Origin: Fimbriimonadales bacterium
GTDB taxonomy: Bacteria > Armatimonadota > Fimbriimonadia > Fimbriimonadales > ATM1
NCBI GenBank assembly: GCA_041744215.1
Contig: JBGTLG010000039.1
Coordinates: 116,333-180,332, forward strand
Reading direction: 5' to 3'
Length of the DNA stretch: 64,000 nt
Shown here piece by piece: positions 9,646-19,524 of this stretch. Numbering within the stretch: position 1 is the stretch's first letter; every line of letters begins with the position of its first letter. Under the pieces are notes generated by a model that saw only the letters and a program-made list of their open reading frames with translations, did not search any database and was not told where the DNA came from. The position numbers and the translations under genes were made by a program.

Positions 9646-10920
9646 GTGCCGTTCATGTCCCGCCTTCCAGCGCTCCGGTCTCGCAACTACAGGATCTTTC
9701 TTGCGGGCAACTTTGTGAGCCAGGCGGGAAACATGGCTCAGACGTGGGCGATCATGTGGCAGGTCAAGGAATTGACCGGAGATCCGCTCAGTGTCGGGGG
9801 CATTGCGCTGGCCAGAGTCGTACCGATGCTCCTGCTCAGTCTGTTCGGCGGCGTCGTCGCGGATCAGTTCGACAGGCGGCGGGTGCTCATCGGCGTACAG
9901 GTTTTGCTTGTCATTGTGAGCGCAATGTTGGCCTTCGCAACGATCACGGACTCGATACGGCTTTGGCAGATATACGCTTTAGTAGCCGTGTGGGGCGCGG
10001 TGCGGTCCTTTGACGGGCCATCGCGTGCCGCGATGGTTCCAACGCTAGTTCCGATCGAGCATCTCCCCAGCGCGATCAGTATCAACAGCATCGCTTGGCG
10101 TCTGAGCGACGTTATCGGTCCGTTGATCGTTACATTCGCGCTCTGGTTCGCTGGATTTAACATCGCAGGGATGGACGTGAGCGGCGTTGGCCTTGTGTAT
10201 GTGCTCAACACAATGTCGTTCGCGCCTGTGTTGCTCGCACTTTTCCTGCTACCGCCTTGTCGGCCAGATTGGTCGGACGGCGAGGACCGCAAGATCGGTC
10301 GCCTGAGCGAAGTCTTCCCTTTCCTAGGCGAAGGCATCAAGTTCGTGAAAAAAACTGCGATCGTTCGGAATTGCATGGTGCTGGACTTCTGGGCTACTTT
10401 CTTTTCCTCTGCGGATGCGTTGCTGCCGTTCGTCGTCGTAAACCTGCTCGCTGAGTCGAAGGAAGCATATGGATTACTGGCTGCTTCGATCGCCGTCGGC
10501 TCGCTGCTCGCTTCGCTTTTGATGGCGTTTCGAGTGGTCCCAGAACGACCGGGACGTGGGATCATTCTGTCTGTCGCCGCCTATGGGGTGCTGACGGTTC
10601 TGTTCGCGTTTAGTCCGTGGCTCATTGTGTCGATGGTGCTGCTAGCGGGTACTGGTGCCGCAGACACGATCAGCACGATTCTGCGGCAGACAGTACGCCA
10701 GTTGGCTACGCCTGACCGGGTAAGGGGCAGAATGGCGGCGGTGGGAATGCTGTTTCAGATTGGCGGCCCCCAGTTGGGCGATTTCGAGGCCGGACTGGTC
10801 GCGAAGTTTACTGGTGAGAGGTTTGCGATCTCGCTTGGCGGGGTAGCCAGTTGCGGGGTGGCCTGGCTCTATTGGCGGGTGAAATCCCTGCGGGATTACC
10901 GAATTCCGGTCCCCGGCTAA
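9646..10920 (+). CDS. MFS transporter (EntS/DHA3-like)
   Basis: About 12 TM segments; GGVVADQFDRRR motif A; TPDRVRGR in C-terminal half. Confidence 0.87.
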   Translation: MPFMSRLPALRSRNYRIFLAGNFVSQAGNMAQTWAIMWQVKELTGDPLSVGGIALARVVPMLLLSLFGGVVADQFDRRRVLIGVQVLLVIVSAMLAFATITDSIRLWQIYALVAVWGAVRSFDGPSRAAMVPTLVPIEHLPSAISINSIAWRLSDVIGPLIVTFALWFAGFNIAGMDVSGVGLVYVLNTMSFAPVLLALFLLPPCRPDWSDGEDRKIGRLSEVFPFLGEGIKFVKKTAIVRNCMVLDFWATFFSSADALLPFVVVNLLAESKEAYGLLAASIAVGSLLASLLMAFRVVPERPGRGIILSVAAYGVLTVLFAFSPWLIVSMVLLAGTGAADTISTILRQTVRQLATPDRVRGRMAAVGMLFQIGGPQLGDFEAGLVAKFTGERFAISLGGVASCGVAWLYWRVKSLRDYRIPVPG

Positions 10921-11018
10921 GGAAAACTAGCAAGTTTCTTGAACGTTCGCAGTTCAAAACCCGACAAATGCGTGTATATTGGTCGGTGGGCACTAAGCCC
11001 TACCTAGGTAAAAAACCG

Positions 11019-11573
11019 ATGTTTAACCTTCGCGCAGAACAAGCGGCGCTAGGGGACCCGCGAGCCGAAGAGGCTCAGCTCGTCCTCCGTACGCGCCATG
11101 GCGACGACGGTGCGCTCCGAGACCTCATAGAGCGACACCGGGTTCGGCTGATTCGAACCGCGGCCAATATCCTTCGAGATCCCATTGAGGCCGAAGATGT
11201 AGCCCAGGAGTCGTTTCTCAAGGCTTTTCGTGAACTTCACCGGCTTAGGGACGACCGAGCTTTCGGCAGTTTCATCTATCGGATTTGCGTCCGCCTTTGT
11301 GTGGATCGTCTGAGGTTGAAGCGTGCCGAGCCATCTCCGATGGAGCCTACCGACCGCGCCCCGACCGGATCCATTGAAAACAAAATGCTCGTTGAGAAAC
11401 TCTTGGCGAAACTCCCCCCCGAACTCCGTGCGACGCTGGTCCTTCGCGAGATGGAGCAGTTGAGCTATGAAGAGGTCGCGCAGGTGATGCACATACCTGT
11501 CGGCACTGTTCGGTCGCGTCTTCACACGGCCAGGGAGCGTTTTCGCGCACTGTGGGTTGCTGCGAACGAGTAA
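11019..11573 (+). CDS. ECF RNA polymerase sigma factor
   Basis: AEDVAQESFLKA (region 2) and LSYEEVA..GTVRSRL (region 4); ATG at 11019 inferred. Confidence 0.92.
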   Translation: MFNLRAEQAALGDPRAEEAQLVLRTRHGDDGALRDLIERHRVRLIRTAANILRDPIEAEDVAQESFLKAFRELHRLRDDRAFGSFIYRICVRLCVDRLRLKRAEPSPMEPTDRAPTGSIENKMLVEKLLAKLPPELRATLVLREMEQLSYEEVAQVMHIPVGTVRSRLHTARERFRALWVAANE

Positions 11574-11581
11574 GGATAAGC

Positions 11582-12037
11582 ATGCGACTGCGACGCGACT
11601 GTAAGAAGTTCCGCAAACTTCGGATCTCTTGGCAAGATGCCACTGTAGGTCCGGAGAATTTGCGACGCATGGACGAGCACTTGGAGTCCTGCGAACTTTG
11701 TCGCGCGTTTGATCACAGCTTGGCGGAATCTCGCGGAGCGCTTCGGCATGCAGCGATTGAGCCCATCACGCCATCCGAGTTCACTTCCAATCTGTTGTTG
11801 CGTATTACCGGCGACAGATTGCGTCGACAACTTGCGGCGTGGAGGCCCGCGCTGATCGGGGCAGTATCGTCTGTCGTGTTGCTAAGCACGGTCGTGCAAT
11901 TGCTAACGAAGGCACCCGAAATCAATCAGCCGAATGCTGGGAGCAGCGCGTGGGACATCCAGCGAACCGAATCTGGGTCGCCGGTGTTCATCACTCCGCC
12001 AGATTCTTACGACACTCCAACGCGCGTTGACGTGTAG
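11582..12037 (+). CDS. zinc-binding (HxxxCxxC) membrane anti-sigma factor
   Basis: HLESCELC motif, single TM helix, directly downstream of the ECF sigma gene. Confidence 0.8.
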   Translation: MRLRRDCKKFRKLRISWQDATVGPENLRRMDEHLESCELCRAFDHSLAESRGALRHAAIEPITPSEFTSNLLLRITGDRLRRQLAAWRPALIGAVSSVVLLSTVVQLLTKAPEINQPNAGSSAWDIQRTESGSPVFITPPDSYDTPTRVDV

Positions 12038-12046
12038 TGCGCCCAC

Positions 12047-13624
12047 ATGAACGGGCGACAACGGCTACTCCTCGGATTCTTCGTGGGGGGGATTGCAACA
12101 CTCCTTGTCATTCAGCCTAGTCGGGCCGTTTTACTTCATGTGCTTCACACAAAAGCGGTCATCAGCAAACTGAATCAGAGCGTACTTTCGGCATCTGGCG
12201 CGCCACTCGCCGAGCCAGGCTTTGCTGGGAAGATGACACTTCCTGAAGTCAGTCAACAGATGCTGCTGATTGCGAATCGCATCCATCGTGACAAGAGGGC
12301 GACGATTTCTGCTCGGGATTTTGAGATTGCGCGGGAGTACTTGAGTCGTGGAGAAGAGTTGGAGCCTGATAATGCATATTGGCCCCAATTGCGCGCTGCG
12401 ATTGCAAACCGCGCTGGCCGAGGCGAGCAAACCATCACGAATCTGGAACGTGCGGCGGAAAAGCGCTATTGGAACAGCGGATCCACTCAGGAGATGCTCG
12501 ATCTGTGGTCTAGCATGTCTGCGTCTGAAGGCGTTCGCCTGAGTTGGCAAGGCCTTTTTGTTCGCGAACTTCGTGCAGATGCCCCAGCACACCTGATTCT
12601 GGAGCTTCAAACTCTGGAGCCTCCCACAAATGCCCAGGATGCAGATGCATGGCGCACACGGTATCTGATTACTTGGAACTTCTCAATTCTTCGAGATGGC
12701 GCGAGGTCGGTTGAGGTTACTGCTTCTGCAGCCAGAGCCGTGTTGCGATTGGCCGACAGTTTCGTCGATGCAAATCAAGATCGCACTCCCTTAGCAATTG
12801 ACCAAGCGCGGTCGCTGTTTGTCACTCAGGTGTTCAATGTTGTCGGTCAAAAGGAAGGGGAGCGCACGTCGATAGCAGTTCGAAACGCAATCGCGCAAGA
12901 TGTTAGTATTGAGCCAAGACCGATAATCCTCGAAAACAGAGATCGAGCAGGGTTACTTTCGCTGCTCTTTGGCTCACTTCCTTCTGTGCTGTTTTTAACG
13001 GGCGTGCTGATGTGCGGGGTGGCGGTGATTGGACTCATTACTTCAAGGTTGTTTGGCGACATCCCCCACATTGACGCGCGGCTCATGGTTGGGACTGCGT
13101 TAGTGTTAGCCGCGGGCGCGGGGATCGCTTCAGGGGCATGGCTATTCGGCGGCTGGATACTGTTGGTCGTATCCCTACTCGGCGTACCTATAGAAGCACC
13201 ATTGCCGCACCCTGTTGAATGGAGTCGAATGAATCGGCTGGCGATTGGCATCCTCACGGGCACATGCATGGTCTTGATCGCTTTTTGGCTGTTTGCCAGC
13301 GGACCAACGTCATTGCTCGCGGAACGGTTACTTCCATTTGCGACCCCGTTGGTTGCAGACCCTACTGCTTCTGGAATCCTCGCGCTTGTCGCGATTACCT
13401 TCCTCATCCCGATATCGGTGCTGTGGGCGCACGTCAAGCGACGTACTGTCTTGCGAGTATTAGGTGAGGCTTTCGCCAGGGTGGGACTGACCGGCGCGAT
13501 CGTTTCATTGAGTGCGGCAGTGATAGCCACACCCATTGCAATCTACTACGATGCCAAACTCTCGTCAGTCGTGCAGAGATGGGTTATGAACGAGACTGAC
13601 GCATTCAGGATCGCCCCAAGGTGA
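12047..13624 (+). CDS. hypothetical membrane protein
   Basis: N-terminal TM, TPR-like segment (ELEPDNAYW), about 6 C-terminal TM helices; overlaps glnD start. Confidence 0.7.
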   Translation: MNGRQRLLLGFFVGGIATLLVIQPSRAVLLHVLHTKAVISKLNQSVLSASGAPLAEPGFAGKMTLPEVSQQMLLIANRIHRDKRATISARDFEIAREYLSRGEELEPDNAYWPQLRAAIANRAGRGEQTITNLERAAEKRYWNSGSTQEMLDLWSSMSASEGVRLSWQGLFVRELRADAPAHLILELQTLEPPTNAQDADAWRTRYLITWNFSILRDGARSVEVTASAARAVLRLADSFVDANQDRTPLAIDQARSLFVTQVFNVVGQKEGERTSIAVRNAIAQDVSIEPRPIILENRDRAGLLSLLFGSLPSVLFLTGVLMCGVAVIGLITSRLFGDIPHIDARLMVGTALVLAAGAGIASGAWLFGGWILLVVSLLGVPIEAPLPHPVEWSRMNRLAIGILTGTCMVLIAFWLFASGPTSLLAERLLPFATPLVADPTASGILALVAITFLIPISVLWAHVKRRTVLRVLGEAFARVGLTGAIVSLSAAVIATPIAIYYDAKLSSVVQRWVMNETDAFRIAPR

Positions 13625-15987
13625 GGGACTTGTCAAGCACCTTTGTCAATCACGCGCGGAGCGCAAGGTTGCGCGCTGTTGTTGCTTTTGAATCCGCACC
13701 GTCGGGCCGCAAGTTCTGCCGAAGCCTGACTCACATTGCCGACAATCTGCTTACACACCTGCTCAATGCGGCTCAGTCAAGGGCGGACGATCCGGGCATA
13801 GCGGTGGTAGCGACGGGGGGGTATGGTCGACGTGAGCTTGCTCCCTTTAGCGATCTGGACATTACTTTCATTGCGCCCTCGGGTTACGAAACTGAAAGCG
13901 AGCAAATCGTACGTGACCTGTTTCGGCTCGTCGTCGATTCCTTTTCTGCACTTGACTGGCCCGTCGGCTATGCGTTCCGCCTGCCCTCTGACTGCCCTGC
14001 TCTGGACAGCAAAACTCGAACCGGGCTGATCGATGCGCGTCTTGTCGGAGGATCAAGCGAAACGCTCTCACACTTCAACGATGAGTTTGCGCGTTCGTTT
14101 CCTGTGGCAGATTTTCTGATCGAGAAGCTAGAAGAGAGAACAGAGATGCGGAGCAAGTGGCATGATACGCCACGGGTCGTCGAATTCAATCTCCGCGATG
14201 GCGCAGGTGGACTCCGAGATGCTCAAACACTGCGATGGCTTGCGTATGCGATGAAGAGGCCGTTAGGCGGCGCTCCTCGCGATGCCGAGGAGGCGCTACT
14301 GCTGTATCGGAATGCGCTGCACATTGCAACTCAACGCAAACAGGACGTGCTTGCACGGACCAGGCTCGGAGACGTTGCGCGAATTGTTGGGCGTGAGCCA
14401 GAGGAGATCGTCTCAGCCGTGATTCGATCCGGAGAACGAATCGACGGAGCATGGTCCCGCGGAATCGAGATCGCCAGGCAATCCTCCTTTTCGCTGGCGA
14501 GCGGAGTTTCCGCTACGAGAGGTGAAGGCCGCATTGAGGAGGACGCACCGCTGACGGAGGCTGTGATCGGTGTTTGTCGTGCCGTGCGTTTGGGTTTACG
14601 CATCAAGCCAGCCACTGGCATTGGCGATGAAGGCAATCTTGCGAGGACGGTCGGATGGATTACAAGGGGCGCATCGGAAATCCGTGCTCTAGACCGATCC
14701 GGCTTGCTTGCAAGGCTCATTCCAGAACTCTCTCTGTGCATGGACCTTCCATCGCAAGATTCGGTGCATCGGTATAGCGTCGGTGAGCATACATTGCAAG
14801 TAATCGAGTCGCTAGATCGCCTCCGGTCGGTGAGAGAACTGGCAAGCGCATGGTCAGATGTTCCTAACCGACGACCTCTAATCTTGGCTGCGCTCCTTCA
14901 CGACGTCGGGAAGTCAGATAAAAGTGCGTCGCACTCCCAAACAGGCGCACGTATGGCGCGAGAAGTTTGCGAGCGATTAGGCGTAGCTGATGACGAGTTA
15001 GACTCGACTTCGTGGCTCGTCCTCCATCATCTGGAGTTGGCGCGCATCGCCCGTACGCACGACCTCTCGGATCCGTCAACGTACGTCGATCTGGTGCGGA
15101 CCTGCGATCGCGCAGATCGCCTCGCAATGCTGTACCTGCTCACTCTTGCGGACACAGATAGTGTCGCTCCCGGTGTGCTGACACCTCACCTGGAATCATC
15201 GTTGAAGGAGCTGTATGAGCGAACCCGCTCCATACTCGGAGGAGAACCGATTCCTGACGATCCAGCAGTTTTTCGAAGTGAAGCCGAACGCAAGCTCCGA
15301 TCCGGTGGCCGACCAGACGTCGAACAGCTTTTGAGGGAGATGCCGACTCACTATCTTTTGGCAACGCCGACGGAAATGTTCCCATTGCATTCGGAGTACG
15401 TGCGGCGTGCATCCGATGGCGAGACTCTTGTAGTGTTTCAACATGACCAGAACGCGCACACGACTGAGATAACAATCTGCACTCGCGATCTTCCCGAGCC
15501 TGGGTTGCTAAGCAGGATTTTTGGTGTGATCTATGCGTTAGACATTTCCGTTCATGACGCACGGGCTGCGTCGACTGCGACTGCGCTGCCGATTGCGCTC
15601 GATACGATAACCGTTTCTTATCAGGGCAACCCTCTACCAACCGGGCTTTGCCGCGCTCTTACTTCGGAATTGCAGAATCGCCTGGGGAGCGCAGAGGCTA
15701 TAGTCGATTTCCTTCGGGCACATGGCAAGGAGCCGGATAGGCGTCAGACGATGCTGACCTACACTTTTCACGAGGGAACACCCGGGGTTCTCGAGTTCCA
15801 GACTCCTCCTGGACGCGGAATGCCCTACCGGGTGGCGAAACTGCTTGCTGAATTCGGGTGGAATGTCTATGTGGCGAGGATGGGAGTGTACGCAGACCGA
15901 GCAGTTGCGCGCTTCTACGTCGGACGTCCAAGCGGTAAGCCTCTGAGCAGTTCCGAAGTAGACCGGAAGCTCGCATCGGCCGACTAG
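13621..15987 (+). CDS. glnD: PII uridylyltransferase/uridylyl-removing enzyme
   Basis: GGYGRRELAPFSDLD NTase motif, GGLRD, HRYSVGEHT and LLHDVGK HD domain, C-terminal ACT-like segments (PGLLSRIFG). Confidence 0.88.
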   Translation: MRDLSSTFVNHARSARLRAVVAFESAPSGRKFCRSLTHIADNLLTHLLNAAQSRADDPGIAVVATGGYGRRELAPFSDLDITFIAPSGYETESEQIVRDLFRLVVDSFSALDWPVGYAFRLPSDCPALDSKTRTGLIDARLVGGSSETLSHFNDEFARSFPVADFLIEKLEERTEMRSKWHDTPRVVEFNLRDGAGGLRDAQTLRWLAYAMKRPLGGAPRDAEEALLLYRNALHIATQRKQDVLARTRLGDVARIVGREPEEIVSAVIRSGERIDGAWSRGIEIARQSSFSLASGVSATRGEGRIEEDAPLTEAVIGVCRAVRLGLRIKPATGIGDEGNLARTVGWITRGASEIRALDRSGLLARLIPELSLCMDLPSQDSVHRYSVGEHTLQVIESLDRLRSVRELASAWSDVPNRRPLILAALLHDVGKSDKSASHSQTGARMAREVCERLGVADDELDSTSWLVLHHLELARIARTHDLSDPSTYVDLVRTCDRADRLAMLYLLTLADTDSVAPGVLTPHLESSLKELYERTRSILGGEPIPDDPAVFRSEAERKLRSGGRPDVEQLLREMPTHYLLATPTEMFPLHSEYVRRASDGETLVVFQHDQNAHTTEITICTRDLPEPGLLSRIFGVIYALDISVHDARAASTATALPIALDTITVSYQGNPLPTGLCRALTSELQNRLGSAEAIVDFLRAHGKEPDRRQTMLTYTFHEGTPGVLEFQTPPGRGMPYRVAKLLAEFGWNVYVARMGVYADRAVARFYVGRPSGKPLSSSEVDRKLASAD

Positions 15988-16015
15988 GTAGGTATAGTCT
16001 TGGACTCTCAGAGAT

Positions 16016-16465
16016 ATGCAAGTTCTAATCTTTGGCTGCGGGCGCACTGGCGCCGCTCTTGCGCGAATGATGGCCCGTCGTGGCCATGGTGTTACTATTC
16101 TCGAGAAGGACCCTCAGAATCTTGCCAGGCTCGGTGACGACCACGGTTGCACCACGGTAGTGGGCGACGGCCTCGACGATGAAGTTCTTCGTTCGGCTGG
16201 CATCGAATCCTGCGACGCGTTTGTCACCTGCACACGTGGTGACAATACGAACTTGATGGCCGCCCAGATAGCACAGAAGCGTTACAACGTCAACATGGTT
16301 TGCGCAAAGGTAAACGATCCGCAACGCGCACACGAGTACAACAAGATCGGCGTTTTCTGTATCGTTCCCAATCTGCTGACCGCTGGGATGATGAGGTGTT
16401 GGCTAACTTCAGAGGAGTATGCGCCAATCGACACGCTCAATCAGTTGGAGGATGGTGCAGTTTAG
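16016..16465 (+). CDS. TrkA/KtrA family RCK-N-only protein
   Basis: GCGRTG Rossmann motif, GDG.D, D.TNL; no RCK-C domain. Confidence 0.85.
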   Translation: MQVLIFGCGRTGAALARMMARRGHGVTILEKDPQNLARLGDDHGCTTVVGDGLDDEVLRSAGIESCDAFVTCTRGDNTNLMAAQIAQKRYNVNMVCAKVNDPQRAHEYNKIGVFCIVPNLLTAGMMRCWLTSEEYAPIDTLNQLEDGAV

Positions 16466-16467
16466 AG

Positions 16468-17118
16468 ATGTATGTAATTGTTGTCGGTGGCGGGCAAGTA
16501 GGGCTCCATCTAACAAAGCGGTTGCTCCAAGGCGGGCGTGAAGCTCTGCTAATCGAGAAGGATCCGAGTGCTGCGTCCGCGCTGAGATTGCAACTCGGCG
16601 ATGTCATCATGACTGGCGACGGGTGCGAGGCGCAGGTTCAAGGAAGCGCGGGATTTCAGAGGGCCGAGGTCGTCGTCGCGGTCACCGGCGACGACGAGGA
16701 CAACCTCGTGATTTGCCAAATGGCCTCCGAGACGTGGGGCGTTGGGCGGACTGTAGCGCGTGTCAATGACCCATCTCATCTCTGGCTGTTCAGGGAACTC
16801 GGAGTTTCGAGCTGTGTCTCGGCGACCGATGTTCTTTACAACTTGATCGAGCAAGAGATTTCCGTTGGGACTGTGATTCCCCTCGCTGCTCTGAGAATGG
16901 GCAACATCGAGGTGGTCGAGGCCACGCTGACGTCGCGATCACCTTCGGTTGGCCAACTTGTCAGGGAGTTAGACATCCCTCCAAAAAGCAACATTGTTTG
17001 GCTGCTTAGAGGCGACGAAGGGATGGTCGTCGATGGAGACACGCGGCTTCAAGAGGGCGACCTTGTGGTCGCTCTTGTCCCGACCGACCGTGAAGAAGCC
17101 CTCCGAAATGTGCTGTAA
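16468..17118 (+). CDS. TrkA/KtrA family RCK-N plus RCK-C protein
   Basis: GGGQVG, VTGDDEDNLVICQ, ARVNDP and GDTRLQEGD motifs; ATG at 16468. Confidence 0.87.
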   Translation: MYVIVVGGGQVGLHLTKRLLQGGREALLIEKDPSAASALRLQLGDVIMTGDGCEAQVQGSAGFQRAEVVVAVTGDDEDNLVICQMASETWGVGRTVARVNDPSHLWLFRELGVSSCVSATDVLYNLIEQEISVGTVIPLAALRMGNIEVVEATLTSRSPSVGQLVRELDIPPKSNIVWLLRGDEGMVVDGDTRLQEGDLVVALVPTDREEALRNVL

Positions 17119-17221
17119 CGCTTGATTCCGGCCCCATACCTGCCAACAATACAGAGGGGCAGCTCTCGCGGCAGATGGAATACGAGTTAGGAAGAAGATC
17201 GGGTTGAGTGGGGTTTTTTTG

Positions 17222-17431
17222 ATGACAGTTAGTGAGGCAAAAGATTTCGTCGGGAAGCGAGTGTTCGTCGAGTACGTGGACCGCAACGGGAGCCCCTGCA
17301 GCGACAGCGGCATGCTCTTCGATGTCGAATACGTGCCTATGTACGGGAGCAATCTCGTCTTGGACTTCGGCGACATTCCGCTCGAAAAGGTCTGCGCCCT
17401 CGTCGAGGAATCGGCGAAGAAAGCAGCCTAG
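17222..17431 (+). CDS. small hypothetical protein
   Basis: 69-aa ORF filling the gap, protein-like composition, followed by a terminator-like hairpin. Confidence 0.6.
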   Translation: MTVSEAKDFVGKRVFVEYVDRNGSPCSDSGMLFDVEYVPMYGSNLVLDFGDIPLEKVCALVEESAKKAA

Positions 17432-17452
17432 GCCTCTCGAGCTCAGACGATT

Positions 17453-17494
17453 GCGAGGGTCCACCCTTCCAGAGGGTGGACCTTCGTTTGTTTT
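17453..17494 (+). terminator. intrinsic terminator-like hairpin
   Basis: GCGAGGGTCCACCCT-tccag-AGGGTGGACCTTCGT followed by TTGTTTT. Confidence 0.7.
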
Positions 17495-17521
17495 GGTTCC
17501 CATGCCATACTTTTGTTTCCC

Positions 17522-18853
17522 ATGCCTGTTCATCTCGTCGGGTCCCTTCGCGTGTCGGGCTCAAGTCTGTTGATCGGAAATGAGGCGGCACATGACTTAG
17601 CATCCCAATTCGCGACTCCGCTTTACGTTTTCGACGCTTCGGCCTTCCGATCGTCCGTCGATGAATTCGTGGTAGCTGCACGGGCCGCTTATGCTAACAC
17701 TCGAGTTGCCCTGGCTGCGAAAGCTAACAGCGCGGTGGCGATCCTGTCCTTTGCCGAGGAGCAAGGGCTTGATGTGGACGTGGCAAGTGAGGGTGAGTTG
17801 GAAGCTGCGCTTCGCGCTGGGTTCACAACTGACCGGATCCATGTGCACGGCAACAATAAATCAGTCGCTGAACTCGAGAGAGCGGTTCGAGAGGGCGTCC
17901 GGGCGATCGTGATCGATTGCCTTTCGGAAGTCGATCGATTGCAGAAAGTGTGTGCGCGCCATGGGCGAGCGCAGCGCGTGATGCTCAGGCTTGCGCCGGG
18001 TGTGGATCCTGTTACTCATCATGCGATCAGCACCGGACAAGAGGACACCAAATTCGGTCTGAACATCGCCGATGGTAGCGCCGATGAAGGAACGCGGCGG
18101 ATTCTTGCCGCTCCGGATTTAGCTCTCGTCGGGTTTCATTGCCATGTCGGCTCGCAATTGATGGACTCTGAAGCGCAGGTCGCGGGGGCTTCGAGAGTAT
18201 CCGAGTTTGCAGTTCAATACGCAAACGAGTGCGGGCCGGATATCGAAATTGGAGTTGGCGGCGGATTGGGGATCCGTTATTCAAAGGCAGACATACCCGA
18301 AGATGTAAGCACCTACTGTAGGGAGATCGCCGACGCCGCGCTAAAGCCGTTCCGCGAAGCCGGGCTGCCATTGCCGTCACTCTGCCATGAACCAGGGAGG
18401 CGGCTTGTAGGCGAAGCAGGCACAACGCTTTACACAATTGGTGTGATCAAGTCGGTTCCGGTGGGAGACGGATTGCGAAGAACCTACGTAAGCGTAGACG
18501 GTGGGCTGGCTGACAACCCTCGACCTCAGCTATATGATGCGGTTTATACGGCCATCAATGCGTCAAGGGCCGGTGAACCGCACGACACGGAGTTTTGCGT
18601 TTCGGGGCGCCATTGCGAGACTGACACTCTGATAGCATCGGCTCTTCTCCCGAAAACTACCGCGGAAGGCGACGTGCTCGCGATCAGCTGCACGGGCGCG
18701 TACAATCAGTCGATGGCAAGCAACTACAACCGGTATCCTCGGCCTGCGTTGGCAATCGTCGGCTCAGGAGATCCCTGGGTCGCAGTCGAGCGCGAGACTG
18801 TCGGTGATCTTTTCAGGCATGAGAATGTTCGCGCTGAGGTGAAGGGTCAATGA
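17522..18853 (+). CDS. lysA: diaminopimelate decarboxylase
   Basis: TPLYVFD, AAKAN (PLP Lys), HGNNKS, KFG, HCHVGSQ, GGGLG, EPGR, CETD and GAY..SMASNYN motifs. Confidence 0.93.
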   Translation: MPVHLVGSLRVSGSSLLIGNEAAHDLASQFATPLYVFDASAFRSSVDEFVVAARAAYANTRVALAAKANSAVAILSFAEEQGLDVDVASEGELEAALRAGFTTDRIHVHGNNKSVAELERAVREGVRAIVIDCLSEVDRLQKVCARHGRAQRVMLRLAPGVDPVTHHAISTGQEDTKFGLNIADGSADEGTRRILAAPDLALVGFHCHVGSQLMDSEAQVAGASRVSEFAVQYANECGPDIEIGVGGGLGIRYSKADIPEDVSTYCREIADAALKPFREAGLPLPSLCHEPGRRLVGEAGTTLYTIGVIKSVPVGDGLRRTYVSVDGGLADNPRPQLYDAVYTAINASRAGEPHDTEFCVSGRHCETDTLIASALLPKTTAEGDVLAISCTGAYNQSMASNYNRYPRPALAIVGSGDPWVAVERETVGDLFRHENVRAEVKGQ

Positions 18854-19524
18854 CTGATCCAGTGATTAGCGGGATTATCTTGGTGATCCTCATCCTGTCC
18901 GTCGCGTTGCACGAGTTTGGGCACGCGAAGTCGGCCGATGCTGCTGGCGATCCGACGCCGCGATCACAGGGACGAGTCACGCTGAATCCCCTGGCACATT
19001 TGGACCCGATGGGAACACTCTTCATGTTCGTCATGGCGACAACTGGGTTTGGAATCGGTTGGGGGAGGCCCGTTATGGTCGACCCACGCAAGATGCACAA
19101 CCCGCGGTGGGATCACTTCATGTCTGTGCTTTGGGGGCCGATGACGAACGTCATCTTGGCGGTCATCTTTGCGGCTCTGTTCCGATTTGCGGCGCCACAT
19201 GAGAGCGGGCCCGTCTTCGGGATGGACCTCATCTCAGGCTTCTTTTTCCTCGGTGCATACATAAACATTGCACTGTGCCTGTTTAACATGATTCCTATCG
19301 GCCCACTTGATGGGCATTGGATTCTCGGGCTGCTGCTGCCCGAAAAGGTTGGAGCGCGCTTCATGATTTGGAGCCGTACCAAGGGAATGTTCGTATTGAT
19401 CGGGATCCTAGTTCTTGACCAACTGGTGCTTCGGCAGATGAACTATCCCAGCATCCTCGGAACGTTGATTCGAGACCCCGCTATGAACATCGCGCTGCAG
19501 ATAACGGGAGCTCGATTCGGCTAA
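18850..19524 (+). CDS. site-2 protease (M50) family protein
   Basis: HEFGH, TLNPLAHLDP, GWGRPV and FNMIPIGPLDG motifs. Confidence 0.92.
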   Translation: MTDPVISGIILVILILSVALHEFGHAKSADAAGDPTPRSQGRVTLNPLAHLDPMGTLFMFVMATTGFGIGWGRPVMVDPRKMHNPRWDHFMSVLWGPMTNVILAVIFAALFRFAAPHESGPVFGMDLISGFFFLGAYINIALCLFNMIPIGPLDGHWILGLLLPEKVGARFMIWSRTKGMFVLIGILVLDQLVLRQMNYPSILGTLIRDPAMNIALQITGARFG

